Shown: piece by piece, positions 9,946-19,301 of the stretch
Layout: each line of letters opens with the position of its first letter
How positions within the stretch are numbered: position 1 is the first letter of the stretch
The notes under the pieces: model-generated
What the model was told of the DNA's origin: nothing
What the model saw: only the letters and a program-made list of their open reading frames with translations
The model's database searches: none
DNA from: an uncultured Alphaproteobacteria bacterium
Lineage (GTDB): Bacteria; Pseudomonadota; Alphaproteobacteria; Rhizobiales; CAWCWK01
Direction of reading: 5' to 3'
Assembly (NCBI GenBank): GCA_963799285.1
Contig: CAWCWK010000004.1
Coordinates: 3,225,024 to 3,289,023, forward strand
Length of the DNA stretch: 64,000 nucleotides
Translations under genes and position numbers: made by a program

Positions 9946-9965
9946 GCTCCGCCCGGAGGCGGAGC
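9946..9965 (-). terminator. GC-rich hairpin between flgE and flgK, a possible attenuator or processing site with no U-tract
   Basis: gctccgcc-cgga-ggcggagc forms a perfect 8-bp stem about 70 nt downstream of the flgE stop. Confidence 0.3.
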
Positions 9966-10032
9966 GCGCGCTTTCAGAACCTTGCCTGCGCGTTCGCGCC
10001 GCGCCTGGAACGGTGCGCCTAGGCGCTAGCCG

Positions 10033-11445
10033 CTATCGCTTCATGTTCAGCGTCTCCTGCATCATCTCGTCGGCCGAGGAGACGATGCGGGTGTTGGCGC
10101 TATAGGCCTGCTGGGTGACGATGAGCTTGGAGAACTCGTCGGCGATATCGGTGTTGGAGGCTTCCAGCGAGGCGCCGATGATCGAGGCGTTGGCGCCCTG
10201 GATCGGGTTGCCCGACTCGTTCGTCTTGGCATAGCCGCCGCCGTCGAGAGCGCGCAGGTTGTTCTCCGAGTTGAACGAGACGAGCGGGATCTCGGCGACG
10301 TCGATCGAGATGCCGTTCGAGTAGTTGGCCCGGATCCGGTTGAGGTCGGAGACCTCGACGTCGACGAGCTCGCCCGCCGGATAGCCGTTCTGCTCCAGCT
10401 CGGTCGCCTGATAGGCGCCCGACGGGTCGGCATAGGAGGTGAGGCCCGTCTCGCCGAAGTTGAAGCGGACGTTGGGCACCTCCTGCCCGTCGACGGTAAC
10501 GTTCGCCATCTGGATGAAATTGTCGTTGCCGGTGCCGTAGGTGTCGGCCAGGTTCATCTTGCCGTTCTTGTCGAAGGTGAAGACCTCCCGGCCCGTTCCC
10601 GAGACGTTGTCGGGCAGCGCGCGCCAGATCACGTCCGTGGCGGCAGTCGACTTGTCGGGGTTGAGTTCCTGGTAGAACGCGGCCCACTGCGTCTGACCGG
10701 CCGCGGTGACGGCGGCCGGCGGCTCGACTTGGGCCCAGCGCATCTGCACGTTCACCGGAGCGCCGTTCTCGTTGAAGATCGTGATCGCGCCGCCCGCGAT
10801 GGAGGATTCGAGGAAGAGCTCGTTGTCGGCGACCGTGATGTTGTCCGCCGCGTTCAGCGAGTCGGCGATGTAGGGATCGCCGCCGTTCTGACCGGAGAAG
10901 ACGGTGCGCGGATCGGCCGGCACGTTGGCCCGGATCTTCACCTCCGACGTCTGCTTGGCGCCGAGGAAGTCGTTGGGGATCTTGATCACCTCGGGCACCG
11001 TGCCCGACACGTTGCCCGAGATGCGGTCGACCGGCAGGCCCTTCAGGTAGTAGCCGCCGCCATTGACGAGGTAGCCGAAGCGGTCGACCTGGAAGTCGCC
11101 GCGGCGCGAATAGAAGTTCTCGCCGTTGAAGACCGGCTGCGCGTCCGAGAAGTCGAAGAGCCGCTCGACCTGGAAGAAGCCGTCGCCATTGATCGCCATC
11201 GAGGTCGAGGTCGAGGAGGCGAGGATGTCGCCCTGCACGTCGTTGGTCTGGCGGGAGAAGGCCGAGACGATGCCCGACTTCTGGCGCTTGGGCGAGTTCT
11301 CGACGACATAGTCGACGAAGGAGGTGTCGGTGCGCTTGAAGGCGGTGGTCTGCGAGTTGGCGATGTTGCCGGAAATGTTCTCCAGCGCGAAGGACTGCGC
11401 CTGCAGGCCGGTGACCGCGGTGGTGAGAGCGCCGTAGATACCCAT
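10033..11445 (-). CDS. flgE: Flagellar hook protein FlgE
   Basis: Begins MGIYGALTTAVTGLQAQSFALENISGNIANSQTTAFKR and ends ...ADEFSKLIVTQQAYSANTRIVSSADEMMQETLNMKR. ATG 11445 was verified. The track ORF is extended upstream to 11640. Confidence 0.93.
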   Translation of the reverse strand: MGIYGALTTAVTGLQAQSFALENISGNIANSQTTAFKRTDTSFVDYVVENSPKRQKSGIVSAFSRQTNDVQGDILASSTSTSMAINGDGFFQVERLFDFSDAQPVFNGENFYSRRGDFQVDRFGYLVNGGGYYLKGLPVDRISGNVSGTVPEVIKIPNDFLGAKQTSEVKIRANVPADPRTVFSGQNGGDPYIADSLNAADNITVADNELFLESSIAGGAITIFNENGAPVNVQMRWAQVEPPAAVTAAGQTQWAAFYQELNPDKSTAATDVIWRALPDNVSGTGREVFTFDKNGKMNLADTYGTGNDNFIQMANVTVDGQEVPNVRFNFGETGLTSYADPSGAYQATELEQNGYPAGELVDVEVSDLNRIRANYSNGISIDVAEIPLVSFNSENNLRALDGGGYAKTNESGNPIQGANASIIGASLEASNTDIADEFSKLIVTQQAYSANTRIVSSADEMMQETLNMKR

Positions 11446-11511
11446 GTGTTGTCTCCTTCTCGCGCACCGGCACAAGGGCCGTGCGTCTGGCATTGAGCTT
11501 CGCCCCTCCCT

Positions 11512-11527
11512 TGCAAGCCGCGTGCCA
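11512..11527 (-). promoter_or_regulatory. Sigma54 (RpoN) -24/-12 promoter for flgE
   Basis: The minus strand reads TGGCAC-gcggc-TTGCA, an exact match to TGGCAC-N5-TTGCW. It lies about 65 nt upstream of the flgE ATG. Confidence 0.75.
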
Positions 11528-11765
11528 AACTCTCGTCGTGCTCGGGCGCGGCGGGAAGGCCAGCCTGCGCGCGGGCTTCGCCGCCGAAGGGATCGCGCCC
11601 GGGACGGACGATGCGGCGGTGCGGGAGGCCAGGTCGGCAAGTCTTGCCGGGCGCAGGCTTGCCGGGTAGCGGTTTGTGCCGGGTGGTCGCCCGCATTGGT
11701 CTCCGTTATCGCGCCCGGCCGGACCGAACCGCGGCGAGGCCCACCACGAGGCGGAGACCGCTTCC

Positions 11766-12239
11766 ATGCTCATGCTGCTGCGCCATGCCAAATCGAGCTG
11801 GGAGGATCCCGAGCTTGACTTCGACCGTCCGCTCGGACCTCGGGGGCGGCGCGATGCGCCCACCATGGCGCGCGCCCTCGCCGGTTTCGGCTTCGCGCCC
11901 TCCCGCGTCCTGTGTTCCCCCGCCCGGCGCACGCGCGAGACGCTCGCGCTGATGGCCTCCGAATGGAGGGTGCCGGAGCCGGTATTCGTCGACGCCCTCT
12001 ACGAGGCCGACGCCTCGGCCCTCGGCGACGTGCTCGCAGCCGAGGGCGCAGACGGAACGCTCCTCGTCGGGCACGCGCCCGGTCTGCGCGACCTTGCGCT
12101 GGCCTCGTGCGACACGGCCCTGCCGGAGGGGCCGTCGATCGCCGTGTTGGACCGGCTGCCGACCTGCGCCTTCGTCGGCATCGACCTCGGAGAGCGGCGC
12201 CTCCTCGCCTACCTGACACCGAAACGGCTCGCTCCGTAG
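11766..12239 (+). CDS. Histidine phosphatase family protein (SixA-like phosphohistidine phosphatase)
   Basis: MLMLLRHAKSSWEDPELDFDRPLGPRGRRDAPTMARAL...VLCSPARRTRETL...LLVGHAPGL contains the RHA/RHG and H motifs. I set the start at internal ATG 11766. Confidence 0.75.
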   Translation: MLMLLRHAKSSWEDPELDFDRPLGPRGRRDAPTMARALAGFGFAPSRVLCSPARRTRETLALMASEWRVPEPVFVDALYEADASALGDVLAAEGADGTLLVGHAPGLRDLALASCDTALPEGPSIAVLDRLPTCAFVGIDLGERRLLAYLTPKRLAP

Positions 12240-12314
12240 AGGCCGGCATGGCCCACCCGCCCTATCGCAGTATTCGTTCTTGATATGTTCTCCAGAATCC
12301 GCTATGGGTGCGAC

Positions 12315-13493
12315 ATGTCGAATGCCTACGACAACACGCGCGCGGACCGCGCGCCCGCACTCCCCATCGGCGGTCGCCCGGAGACGGTCGCCCATGAGCG
12401 ACGTCGCGGCCGGGGCGCGACGGTCAATCTCGTCAACCGATTCGAGCGGCACGACCGCATCGGCTTTGACGACGGCTGGGGCTCCGGCGGCGCCGAGACC
12501 GGTCTCGCGACCGAGGTGCGCGAGGAGCGGGCGCGGCGCATTCTCGCGCGCAACACCTCGCCCGACATCGGTTTCGACCGCTCGATCAACCCTTATCGCG
12601 GTTGCGAGCATGGCTGCGTCTATTGCTTCGCGCGCCCCACCCACGCCTTTCTCGGCCTCTCGCCCGGCCTCGACTTCGAGACAAGGCTGACGGCCAAGGT
12701 CAACGCCGCCGAGGCGTTGGAGCGCGAGCTGGCGGCGCCCGGCTACACGCCCCGCACCATCGCGCTCGGCACCGCCACCGACCCCTATCAGCCGATCGAG
12801 ACCCGCTATCGGCTGACGCGCCGCGTTCTCGAAGTGCTGGAGCGCGCCAACCATCCGGTCGCCATCGTCACCAAGTCGTCGCGCGTGCTGGCCGATGTGG
12901 ACATTCTCGCCCGCATGGCGGCCAAGGATCTCGTCAAGGTCTTCGTCTCCGTCACCACGCTCGACCGCGATCTCTCGCGCCGCATGGAGCCGCGCGCCTC
13001 GGCGCCGGAAAAGCGGCTGGAGACGATCGCGAAGCTACACGAGGCCGGCATCCGCACCGGCGTCGTGGCCGCGCCGATGATCCCGGCCCTCAACGATCAC
13101 GAGCTGGAGACCATCCTGCGGCTCGCGCGCGATGCCGGTGCGGCCGAGGTCGACTACGTGCTGCTGCGCCTGCCGCACGAGTTGAAGCCCATCTTCCGGG
13201 CTTGGCTGATGGAGCATTATCCCGACCGTCTCGACAAGGCGTTCAACCTCTTGAAAGGCACGCGGGGCGGGCGCGAATACGATGCCGACTGGGCGACCCG
13301 CATGAAGGGGGCGGGGCCCTATGCCTATCTCCTTCAGCGCCGCTTCGAGGTGGCGAAGAAGCGGCTCGGGCTGGATGGGAAGAGGATGCAGCTGCGCACC
13401 GACCTCTTTACGCCGCCGGCGCGGGCGGCCAGGGCGAGCGGGCGAACGACACGGGCGGGCGCCGAGACGACGCAGCAACTCGCTTTGCTCTGA
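12315..13493 (+). CDS. PA0069-family radical SAM protein (SplB/COG1533-like), function unknown
   Basis: ...RGRGATVNLVNRFE...INPYRGCEHGCVYCFARPTH... contains the CxxxCxxC radical SAM cluster motif. An alternative ATG lies at 12285. Confidence 0.85.
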   Translation: MSNAYDNTRADRAPALPIGGRPETVAHERRRGRGATVNLVNRFERHDRIGFDDGWGSGGAETGLATEVREERARRILARNTSPDIGFDRSINPYRGCEHGCVYCFARPTHAFLGLSPGLDFETRLTAKVNAAEALERELAAPGYTPRTIALGTATDPYQPIETRYRLTRRVLEVLERANHPVAIVTKSSRVLADVDILARMAAKDLVKVFVSVTTLDRDLSRRMEPRASAPEKRLETIAKLHEAGIRTGVVAAPMIPALNDHELETILRLARDAGAAEVDYVLLRLPHELKPIFRAWLMEHYPDRLDKAFNLLKGTRGGREYDADWATRMKGAGPYAYLLQRRFEVAKKRLGLDGKRMQLRTDLFTPPARAARASGRTTRAGAETTQQLALL

Positions 13494-13562
13494 GATCGCC
13501 GGTCATGCGTCACGCCCGGTCTTGCGGACGGGTCCGGGCGGCGAGGCTGTGGCGACAGCGCC

Positions 13563-14669
13563 TTACGGAGCCGGGCCGCTCCGGCCGACCAGTCGGCCCT
13601 CCCTGTCGGAGACGACGATCTCGATCTCGACCTCGGCGCCCTTGAGGGCGGAGACGGCCGCCTGGCGCGCGGCCTCCGCGATGCGATCGCCGAGCGCGAA
13701 GCCCCCCGCCAGCGTCAGCACCTCGAGCGCCGTATTCGCCTCGCGCGCCCGGGCGACGAGATCGCCATCCGCGCCGGCCTCCTCCAAGAGCGCGGCGAGA
13801 ACGGCGATGTCGACCTGGCTACGCCCGGAATGAAGGTCCATGTGACCGGCCGCCAGCTTCGACATCTTGGCAAAACCCCCGGCGATGGTCAGCTTCGGCA
13901 CCGGATGCGCGCGCAGGTATTTGAGGAGCCCGCCGGCGAAATCGCCCATGTCGATGATCGACGTCTCGGGCAGATCGTAGAGCCGCTGGACCAATCCCTC
14001 CGAGGTGGCCCCCACCGCCGCCGCGATGTGCCGCGTGCCGCTGGCGCGCGCGACGTCGACGCCCCGATGGATCGAATCGATCCACGCCGCGCAGGAATAG
14101 GGCACCACGATGCCCGTCGTCCCCAGGATCGAGAGCCCGCCGACGATGCCAAGCCGCGGGTTCCAGGTCTGCCGCGCCAGCGCCTCGCCGTCCGCGACGG
14201 CGATCGTGACCACCGCGTCATCTCTCCCGCCATGCGCCGCGACGACCTCCGCGATCGCGGCCCGCATCATCTCGCGCGGCACCGGATTGATCGCCGGCTC
14301 GCCCGGAGGCAGCGGCAGGCCGGGCTTGGTGACCGTGCCGACGCCCGCGCCTGCCCGGAAGACGACGCCGGAGCCGGCCGCGCCCCTCTCGACCCGTGCC
14401 GAGACGAGCGCCCCGTGCGTGACGTCCGGATCGTCTCCCGCATCCTTGACGATCGCGGCCATGGCCCAGGCTTCGCCCTCCTCCGTCCCCGTCGCCTCCC
14501 TCGCGAGCGCGAAGGCCGGCGTCTCGCCGCGCGGCAGCGTGATCGTGACGGGATCGGGAAAGCGGCCCGTGACGAGAGCCGTGAAGGCCGCCTTTGTCGC
14601 GGCCGTCGCGCAGGCCCCGGTCGTCCAGCCATAGCGCAGCGGGCGGTCCGGGCGGCGCGCCTCCGCCAC
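13563..14669 (-). CDS. cbiD: Cobalt-precorrin-5B (C1)-methyltransferase family protein CbiD
   Basis: ...LRYGWTTGACATAATKAAFTALVTG...GIVGGLSILGTTGIVVPYSCAAWIDSI...KLTIAGGFAKMSKLAAGHMDLHS... The GTG start at 14669 is 2 nt past the cobIJ stop. About 368 aa. Confidence 0.9.
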   Translation of the reverse strand: MAEARRPDRPLRYGWTTGACATAATKAAFTALVTGRFPDPVTITLPRGETPAFALAREATGTEEGEAWAMAAIVKDAGDDPDVTHGALVSARVERGAAGSGVVFRAGAGVGTVTKPGLPLPPGEPAINPVPREMMRAAIAEVVAAHGGRDDAVVTIAVADGEALARQTWNPRLGIVGGLSILGTTGIVVPYSCAAWIDSIHRGVDVARASGTRHIAAAVGATSEGLVQRLYDLPETSIIDMGDFAGGLLKYLRAHPVPKLTIAGGFAKMSKLAAGHMDLHSGRSQVDIAVLAALLEEAGADGDLVARAREANTALEVLTLAGGFALGDRIAEAARQAAVSALKGAEVEIEIVVSDREGRLVGRSGPAP

Positions 14670-14671
14670 CG

Positions 14672-16237
14672 CTATTCCGCAGCCTCGGCAAGTGCCGACG
14701 CCTCGTAGCGGCGCGGCGTGTAGAAGAGCGTCCGGTCGCCCCGCCGGAAGGCGCGGCTGTGCGATGAGCCGACGATGAGCAGCGTACGCATGTCGACGAT
14801 GCCCGGATCGAGCGCGGCGAGACTGGTGAGACTGACCGTCTCCCCCGCCCGCCCGACATCGCGCGCGACGAGGACGGGCGTCTCGCCCGCCTTCATGCCG
14901 CGCAGGACGTCGAGCACGGCATCCAACTGGCCGCGCCGCGTGCGCGAGGCGGGATTGTAGAGCGCGAGGATGAGGTCGGCCTCGGCCGCATGCCGGACGC
15001 GAGCGATCACCTGATCGAGGGGTTTGAGGTAGTCGGAGAGCGAGACGACCGCGAAATCGTGGCCGAGCGGCGCCCCGATCCGCGAGGCGGCGGCCTGCAT
15101 CGCGCTGACGCCGGGCGCTATGTCGACGCGGACGTGCGTCCAGCGCTCCGGCGACGCCTCGAGCGCCTCCATGACGGCGGCCGCCATGGCGAAGATGCCC
15201 GGATCGCCCGACGAGACGAGCGCGACATGGGCGCCGTCTGCGGCCCGGTCGAGCGCGTCCTCGGCCCGCTCGCGTTCCACCCGGTTGTCGCTTGGCGCCA
15301 GGGTCTGGTCGGGGCGGGGCGCGACGAGGGCGGCGGCCATGCCGAGATAGGTCTCGTAGCCGACCCAGACATCGGCCGTCTCCAACGCCGCGCGCGCCTC
15401 GGGCGTCAGCCAGTCGGCCTGGCCGGGGCCCAGCCCGAGGACGGTGAGGCGCCCGGACGATCCACATGCGCGCGCCGTCTCGCGCTGGGGCTGGGCGACG
15501 TCGACGGGCCGTGCCGAGGGCACCACCACCATCGAGAAATAGGGCGGGCGCGCCGCGTCGACCTCGGCTGCCGGACGCACATCCTCCGACGCGTGGCTCG
15601 CCCGCTCGACATAGAGGGCCCGCTCCAACACGCCGGCGCGGGCGAGCGCGCGGCGCACTTTGGGCCAGGTCCGCCCCAGCTTCAGGACGACGGCGGCATC
15701 GCAGCCGCGCAGGCGCGCGACGAGATCGTCCTCGCCGAGCGTTCCCGGCAGGACGCTCAGCGCATCGTCGCGGACCGTGAGCGGCACGGCCGCCGCGACC
15801 GGCCCCGCGACGATCGAGGAGACGCCGGGCACGGTCACGACCGCGAACCGGTCCTTCAGTCGCGCGTGCCAGTACATGAAGGAGCCATAGAGAAAGGGGT
15901 CGCCCTCGCAGAGGACTGCGACGTCGCGCCCCGCCGCAAGATGGGCGGCCAGCGCCTCCGCCGTCTCGTCGTAGAAGCCGGCGAGCCGGATCTCGTAGTC
16001 CGCCCTGTCCGCCCCGTCGGCCGTCAGCGGATAGACCATGGGCAGAAGCGTCTGCTCCGGCGTCAGGAAGGTCTCGACCGTGCGCCGGGCGACGCCGCCA
16101 TCGGCGGACTTGCACGGATAGGCGACGACCGAGGCCGCCTTCAGCAGCCGCAGCCCCTTCAGCGTCATCAGCTCCGGGTCGCCGGGGCCAACGCCGATGC
16201 CGGTGAGCGTGCCGTGCTTCTCGCTCGAGGCCGTCAT
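14672..16237 (-). CDS. cobIJ: Fused precorrin-2 C20-methyltransferase / precorrin-3B C17-methyltransferase (CobI-CobJ) in one 521-aa reading frame
   Basis: The N-terminal half, MTASSEKHGTLTGIGVGPGDPELMTLKGLRLL...PPYFSMVVVP, is CobI-like. A roughly 25-aa linker follows. The C-terminal half, RLTVLGLGPGQADWLTPEARAAL...DMRTLLIVGSS, is CobJ-like. No stop codon lies between the two halves. Confidence 0.9.
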   Translation of the reverse strand: MTASSEKHGTLTGIGVGPGDPELMTLKGLRLLKAASVVAYPCKSADGGVARRTVETFLTPEQTLLPMVYPLTADGADRADYEIRLAGFYDETAEALAAHLAAGRDVAVLCEGDPFLYGSFMYWHARLKDRFAVVTVPGVSSIVAGPVAAAVPLTVRDDALSVLPGTLGEDDLVARLRGCDAAVVLKLGRTWPKVRRALARAGVLERALYVERASHASEDVRPAAEVDAARPPYFSMVVVPSARPVDVAQPQRETARACGSSGRLTVLGLGPGQADWLTPEARAALETADVWVGYETYLGMAAALVAPRPDQTLAPSDNRVERERAEDALDRAADGAHVALVSSGDPGIFAMAAAVMEALEASPERWTHVRVDIAPGVSAMQAAASRIGAPLGHDFAVVSLSDYLKPLDQVIARVRHAAEADLILALYNPASRTRRGQLDAVLDVLRGMKAGETPVLVARDVGRAGETVSLTSLAALDPGIVDMRTLLIVGSSHSRAFRRGDRTLFYTPRRYEASALAEAAE

Positions 16238-16908
16238 TCGGTGTCGCTCGCCAGAGCGTTGATGGCCGCGACGGCCAGCGCCGATCCGCCGCGCCGGCCG
16301 TGCAGCGTGAGGAAGGGAACGCCACGCGCATCGTCGGCCAGCGCGCGCTTCGATTCGCGCGCGCCGACGAAGCCGACGGGAAGGCCGAGAATGGCGGCGG
16401 GGCGGGGCGCGCCGGCATCGAGAAGTTCGAGGAGATGGAAGAGCGCCGTCGGCGCGTTGCCGATCGCGACGACGGCGCCGGCCATCCGCTCGCCCCAGAA
16501 GTCGAGCGCGGCGGCGGAGCGTGTGTTGCCGATGCTGCGAGCGTGGTCGCGCACGCGCGAATCGTCGAGAAGGCAGAGAAGTTCGTTGTCGGCCGGCAGC
16601 CGCGAGCGGGTGACGCCGGCCACGATCATGTTGGCGTCGCAAAGCACCGGAGCGCCCGCCCGCAGGGCCGCGCGCGCGGCGGCGCCGACCGAGATGCCGT
16701 CGGCGCCCGGGCCATGGTCGAGATCGCGCGGCAAGTCGGTCATGCCGCAGGTGTGGACCATGCGCACGGCCACCGCTTCGAGATCGGCCGGCAGATGGGC
16801 GAGGTCGGTCTCGGCGCGGATGGTCGCGAAGGACTGGCGATAGATCGTCGCGGGGTCGCGCTCGTAGGCGAGCGATGGCGGCGCGCGATGCGGGAGGGGC
16901 TGACTCAT
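16234..16908 (-). CDS. cobH: Precorrin-8X methylmutase CobH
   Basis: ...IYRQSFATIRAE...VRMVHTCGM...VVAIGNAPTALFHLLELL...ILGLPVGFVGARESK... There are 4-nt overlaps with both neighbours. Confidence 0.93.
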   Translation of the reverse strand: MSQPLPHRAPPSLAYERDPATIYRQSFATIRAETDLAHLPADLEAVAVRMVHTCGMTDLPRDLDHGPGADGISVGAAARAALRAGAPVLCDANMIVAGVTRSRLPADNELLCLLDDSRVRDHARSIGNTRSAAALDFWGERMAGAVVAIGNAPTALFHLLELLDAGAPRPAAILGLPVGFVGARESKRALADDARGVPFLTLHGRRGGSALAVAAINALASDTE

Positions 16909-18212
16909 GCCGCCTCCCGTATGGCGCCGAGCCGGGCGGCGAGCCGTGCTGGAAGCGCGGCGGGCGAAACCGTCTCCAGGGCGCGGGCATCCGTATCGGC
17001 CGCGGCATCGGCGAAGAGCGCGTAGGCGTCGCCCTCGGCGCGGAGCAACCAGTCGGCCGGACCGGGCCGGGCACAGCCTCGACGGCAGCCGCTCAGATGG
17101 ATCGTTGCTGGGCGATGCGGGGTGCGAGTCTCGCCGACGGTCTCGCCGACGGTCTTGGTGATGGCGGCGGCGAGACTCGCGGCGTCGCCTCGCGTGTCGC
17201 GCGCCGTGCGGGGGCAGCCCTTTGCTCCGGCGCAGGCGACGATGCGGAGGGGGTGCGCGCCCGCCGCGAAGCCGCGCTTATCCGCCTCGGCCAGAAGGGT
17301 GGCGCTCGCGTCGGCGCGCAAGCCGGCGAGCACGATCCGCCGGTGGGGCGCGAGGCGGACGAGCCCGTCGCCCTGCTCCGCCCAGGTCCCGAGGGCGGCG
17401 AGCCCGTCGGCCCCGAGCCCATCGAGCGGCGCGCGCAAGGCGAGATGCCCCGCACCCTCTCCGAGATCGTCGGCCGGCTCCGGCCAGTGGGGAAGGGGGG
17501 GCTCGGCGAGTGCGAAGAGGCCGGTTCGGAGCAGCGCTTCGCCGCGCGCGGCCCGCTCCATGGCGCCGATCCGTCGGCGCGCGCGGGCCATCGCCTCGAA
17601 GAGCTGGGTGACGAGACCGGGCGCGCCTGCGCTCGCGATGCCCCGGTCGCTCGGCTCGCCGGCAAGGCTCAGCCGCCAGATGTCGCCGGCCTCTCGTATC
17701 AGTCCGACATCGTGGCCGAGCCCGATCACGTCGCCGGTGCCGCCATCGATCACGCAGCACGCCTTGACGGGCAGGCCCTCGAGCCGGCCGGCATCGGCCG
17801 CCCGTGCGATGGCGGCGTCGATCCTGTGGACGAGCCGGGGCAGGGCGCCGTCCGCGTCGAGCGGGCTCGCGAGGATGTTGCGCGCGCGGTCCGCCCGGCG
17901 GGTGCGGGGGGCGAGGCCGAGCCTGTCGAGCTCGGCGTGGAGCGCGCCGATCCGGCCCGTGTCGAGACCCCGCAATTGAAGGTTGGCGCGGTTGGTCAGA
18001 TCGATGGCGCCGGAGCCGCATGCGCGCGCGGCTGCGGCGAGCCCGATCGCGGCCCGCGCCGTCAGCCGTCCGCCCGGCACGCGCAGGCGCGCCATCGGGC
18101 CGTCTCGCATGGCGGCAAGATCGTAGAGGCCGGGGCATTCGGGCACGCGTCGCTTGTCCTTCTCGAGATCGAACGGGTCCGCAGCATAGACCGGGGACGG
18201 GGAGGCTGGCAC
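16905..18212 (-). CDS. cobG: Precorrin-3B synthase CobG (O2-dependent route)
   Basis: 435 aa: ...ECPGLYDLAAMRDGPMARLRVPGGRLT...IDLTNRANLQLRGL...VACAGAKGCPR...HLSGCRRGC... It sits at the head of cobGHIJ. Confidence 0.88.
   Translation of the reverse strand: MPASPSPVYAADPFDLEKDKRRVPECPGLYDLAAMRDGPMARLRVPGGRLTARAAIGLAAAARACGSGAIDLTNRANLQLRGLDTGRIGALHAELDRLGLAPRTRRADRARNILASPLDADGALPRLVHRIDAAIARAADAGRLEGLPVKACCVIDGGTGDVIGLGHDVGLIREAGDIWRLSLAGEPSDRGIASAGAPGLVTQLFEAMARARRRIGAMERAARGEALLRTGLFALAEPPLPHWPEPADDLGEGAGHLALRAPLDGLGADGLAALGTWAEQGDGLVRLAPHRRIVLAGLRADASATLLAEADKRGFAAGAHPLRIVACAGAKGCPRTARDTRGDAASLAAAITKTVGETVGETRTPHRPATIHLSGCRRGCARPGPADWLLRAEGDAYALFADAAADTDARALETVSPAALPARLAARLGAIREAA
17128..17151. 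repeat. 12-bp tandem duplication inside cobG, encoding (TVGE)x2
   Basis: gtctcgccgacg occurs twice in tandem, read directly from the sequence. Confidence 0.9.
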
Positions 18213-18242
18213 CCCGTCGGAGGCGCGAGACGTCCGGGAGCG

Positions 18243-19301
18243 TCAGGTCACGGCGTCGGCGACCCAGGCGCGGTACCAGTCGGCGAAGGCGGCGATGCCG
18301 TGCTTGAGATCGGTGCGGGGCGCGAAGCCGGTATCGGCGGCCAGGGCACGCGTGTCGGCCCAGGTCGCGGGCACGTCTCCCGGCTGCATCGGCAATCGCT
18401 CCAGCACCGCCTCACGCCCCAGCGCTGCCTCGAGCGTGCGCACGAAGTCCATCAGATCGATCGGCGTCCCCCGGCCGATATTGTAGAGCCGATGGGGGGG
18501 ATCGCTCGCCAAGGCCTTGTCCGCGGCCCGCAGCACGCCCTCGATGATGTCGGACACATAGGTGAAGTCGCGCCGCATGTCGCCGCCGTTGAAGAGGCGG
18601 ATCGGGCGGCCGGACAGGATCGCGTCGGCAAAGAGCATGGGCGCCATGTCGGGCCGGCCCCAGGGACCGTAGACGGTGAAGAAGCGCAAGCCCGTCGCCG
18701 GCACCGCGTGAAGCCGTGCGAAGGCCTGGGTGAGGAGTTCGCCGGAACGCTTGGTCGCCGCGTAGACGCTGGCCGGATCGTCGGCCCGCATGTCGGTTCG
18801 GAACGGCATCTCCCGCTCCAGCCCGTAGACGGAGGAGGACGAGGCGTAAACGAGATGCTCGGCGCCGGCCGCCCGCGCGGCCTCCAGTACGCCGATCTGG
18901 CCCATCACGTTGGCCTCGACATAGGCGCGCGGGTTCTCGATCGAATAGCGCACGCCCGCCTGCGCCGCGAGATGGACGATCACGCGGGGGCGCAGCTCGG
19001 CCGCGAGCGCGACGAGGGCGGGATCGGCCACGCTCAACTCGTGGACGGGGATGCCGGCCGGCAGGCGCGCGAGCCGCGCCCGCTTCAGCCCGACATCGTA
19101 ATAGCCGTTGAGATCGTCGACGCCGACGACCGCGTGGCCGAGCGTGCCGAGCGCCGCCGCGACATGGGCGCCGATGAAGCCCGCGACGCCTGTGACGAGA
19201 ACCCGCGTGGGCGAGCCCAGGAGCCCGTCCGGGCGCCAGTCCGTCGCCAGGGGCGCGAGGCCGGGCAGGGTGTCGCTGGGCACAGCATCGCCCGCCATCA
19301 C
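18243..19301 (-). CDS. NAD-dependent epimerase/dehydratase (UDP-glucuronate 4-epimerase-like SDR)
   Basis: RVLVTGVAGFIGAHV is the Rossmann motif. YASSSSVYG and YAATK are the catalytic motifs. The gene lies 30 nt upstream of cobG on the same strand. Confidence 0.85.
   Translation of the reverse strand: MMAGDAVPSDTLPGLAPLATDWRPDGLLGSPTRVLVTGVAGFIGAHVAAALGTLGHAVVGVDDLNGYYDVGLKRARLARLPAGIPVHELSVADPALVALAAELRPRVIVHLAAQAGVRYSIENPRAYVEANVMGQIGVLEAARAAGAEHLVYASSSSVYGLEREMPFRTDMRADDPASVYAATKRSGELLTQAFARLHAVPATGLRFFTVYGPWGRPDMAPMLFADAILSGRPIRLFNGGDMRRDFTYVSDIIEGVLRAADKALASDPPHRLYNIGRGTPIDLMDFVRTLEAALGREAVLERLPMQPGDVPATWADTRALAADTGFAPRTDLKHGIAAFADWYRAWVADAVT

Noticed and set aside
15440-15532. Possibility that cobJ is a separate gene initiating internally (the ATG/GTG run atg-gtg-gtg-gtg at 15532-15521)
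   Set aside because: These codons encode the conserved CobI C-terminal YFSMVVV motif in the same frame, and no stop codon terminates CobI before the CobJ domain. Translation from the cobI start therefore necessarily yields the fusion. Internal initiation cannot be excluded but is not required.
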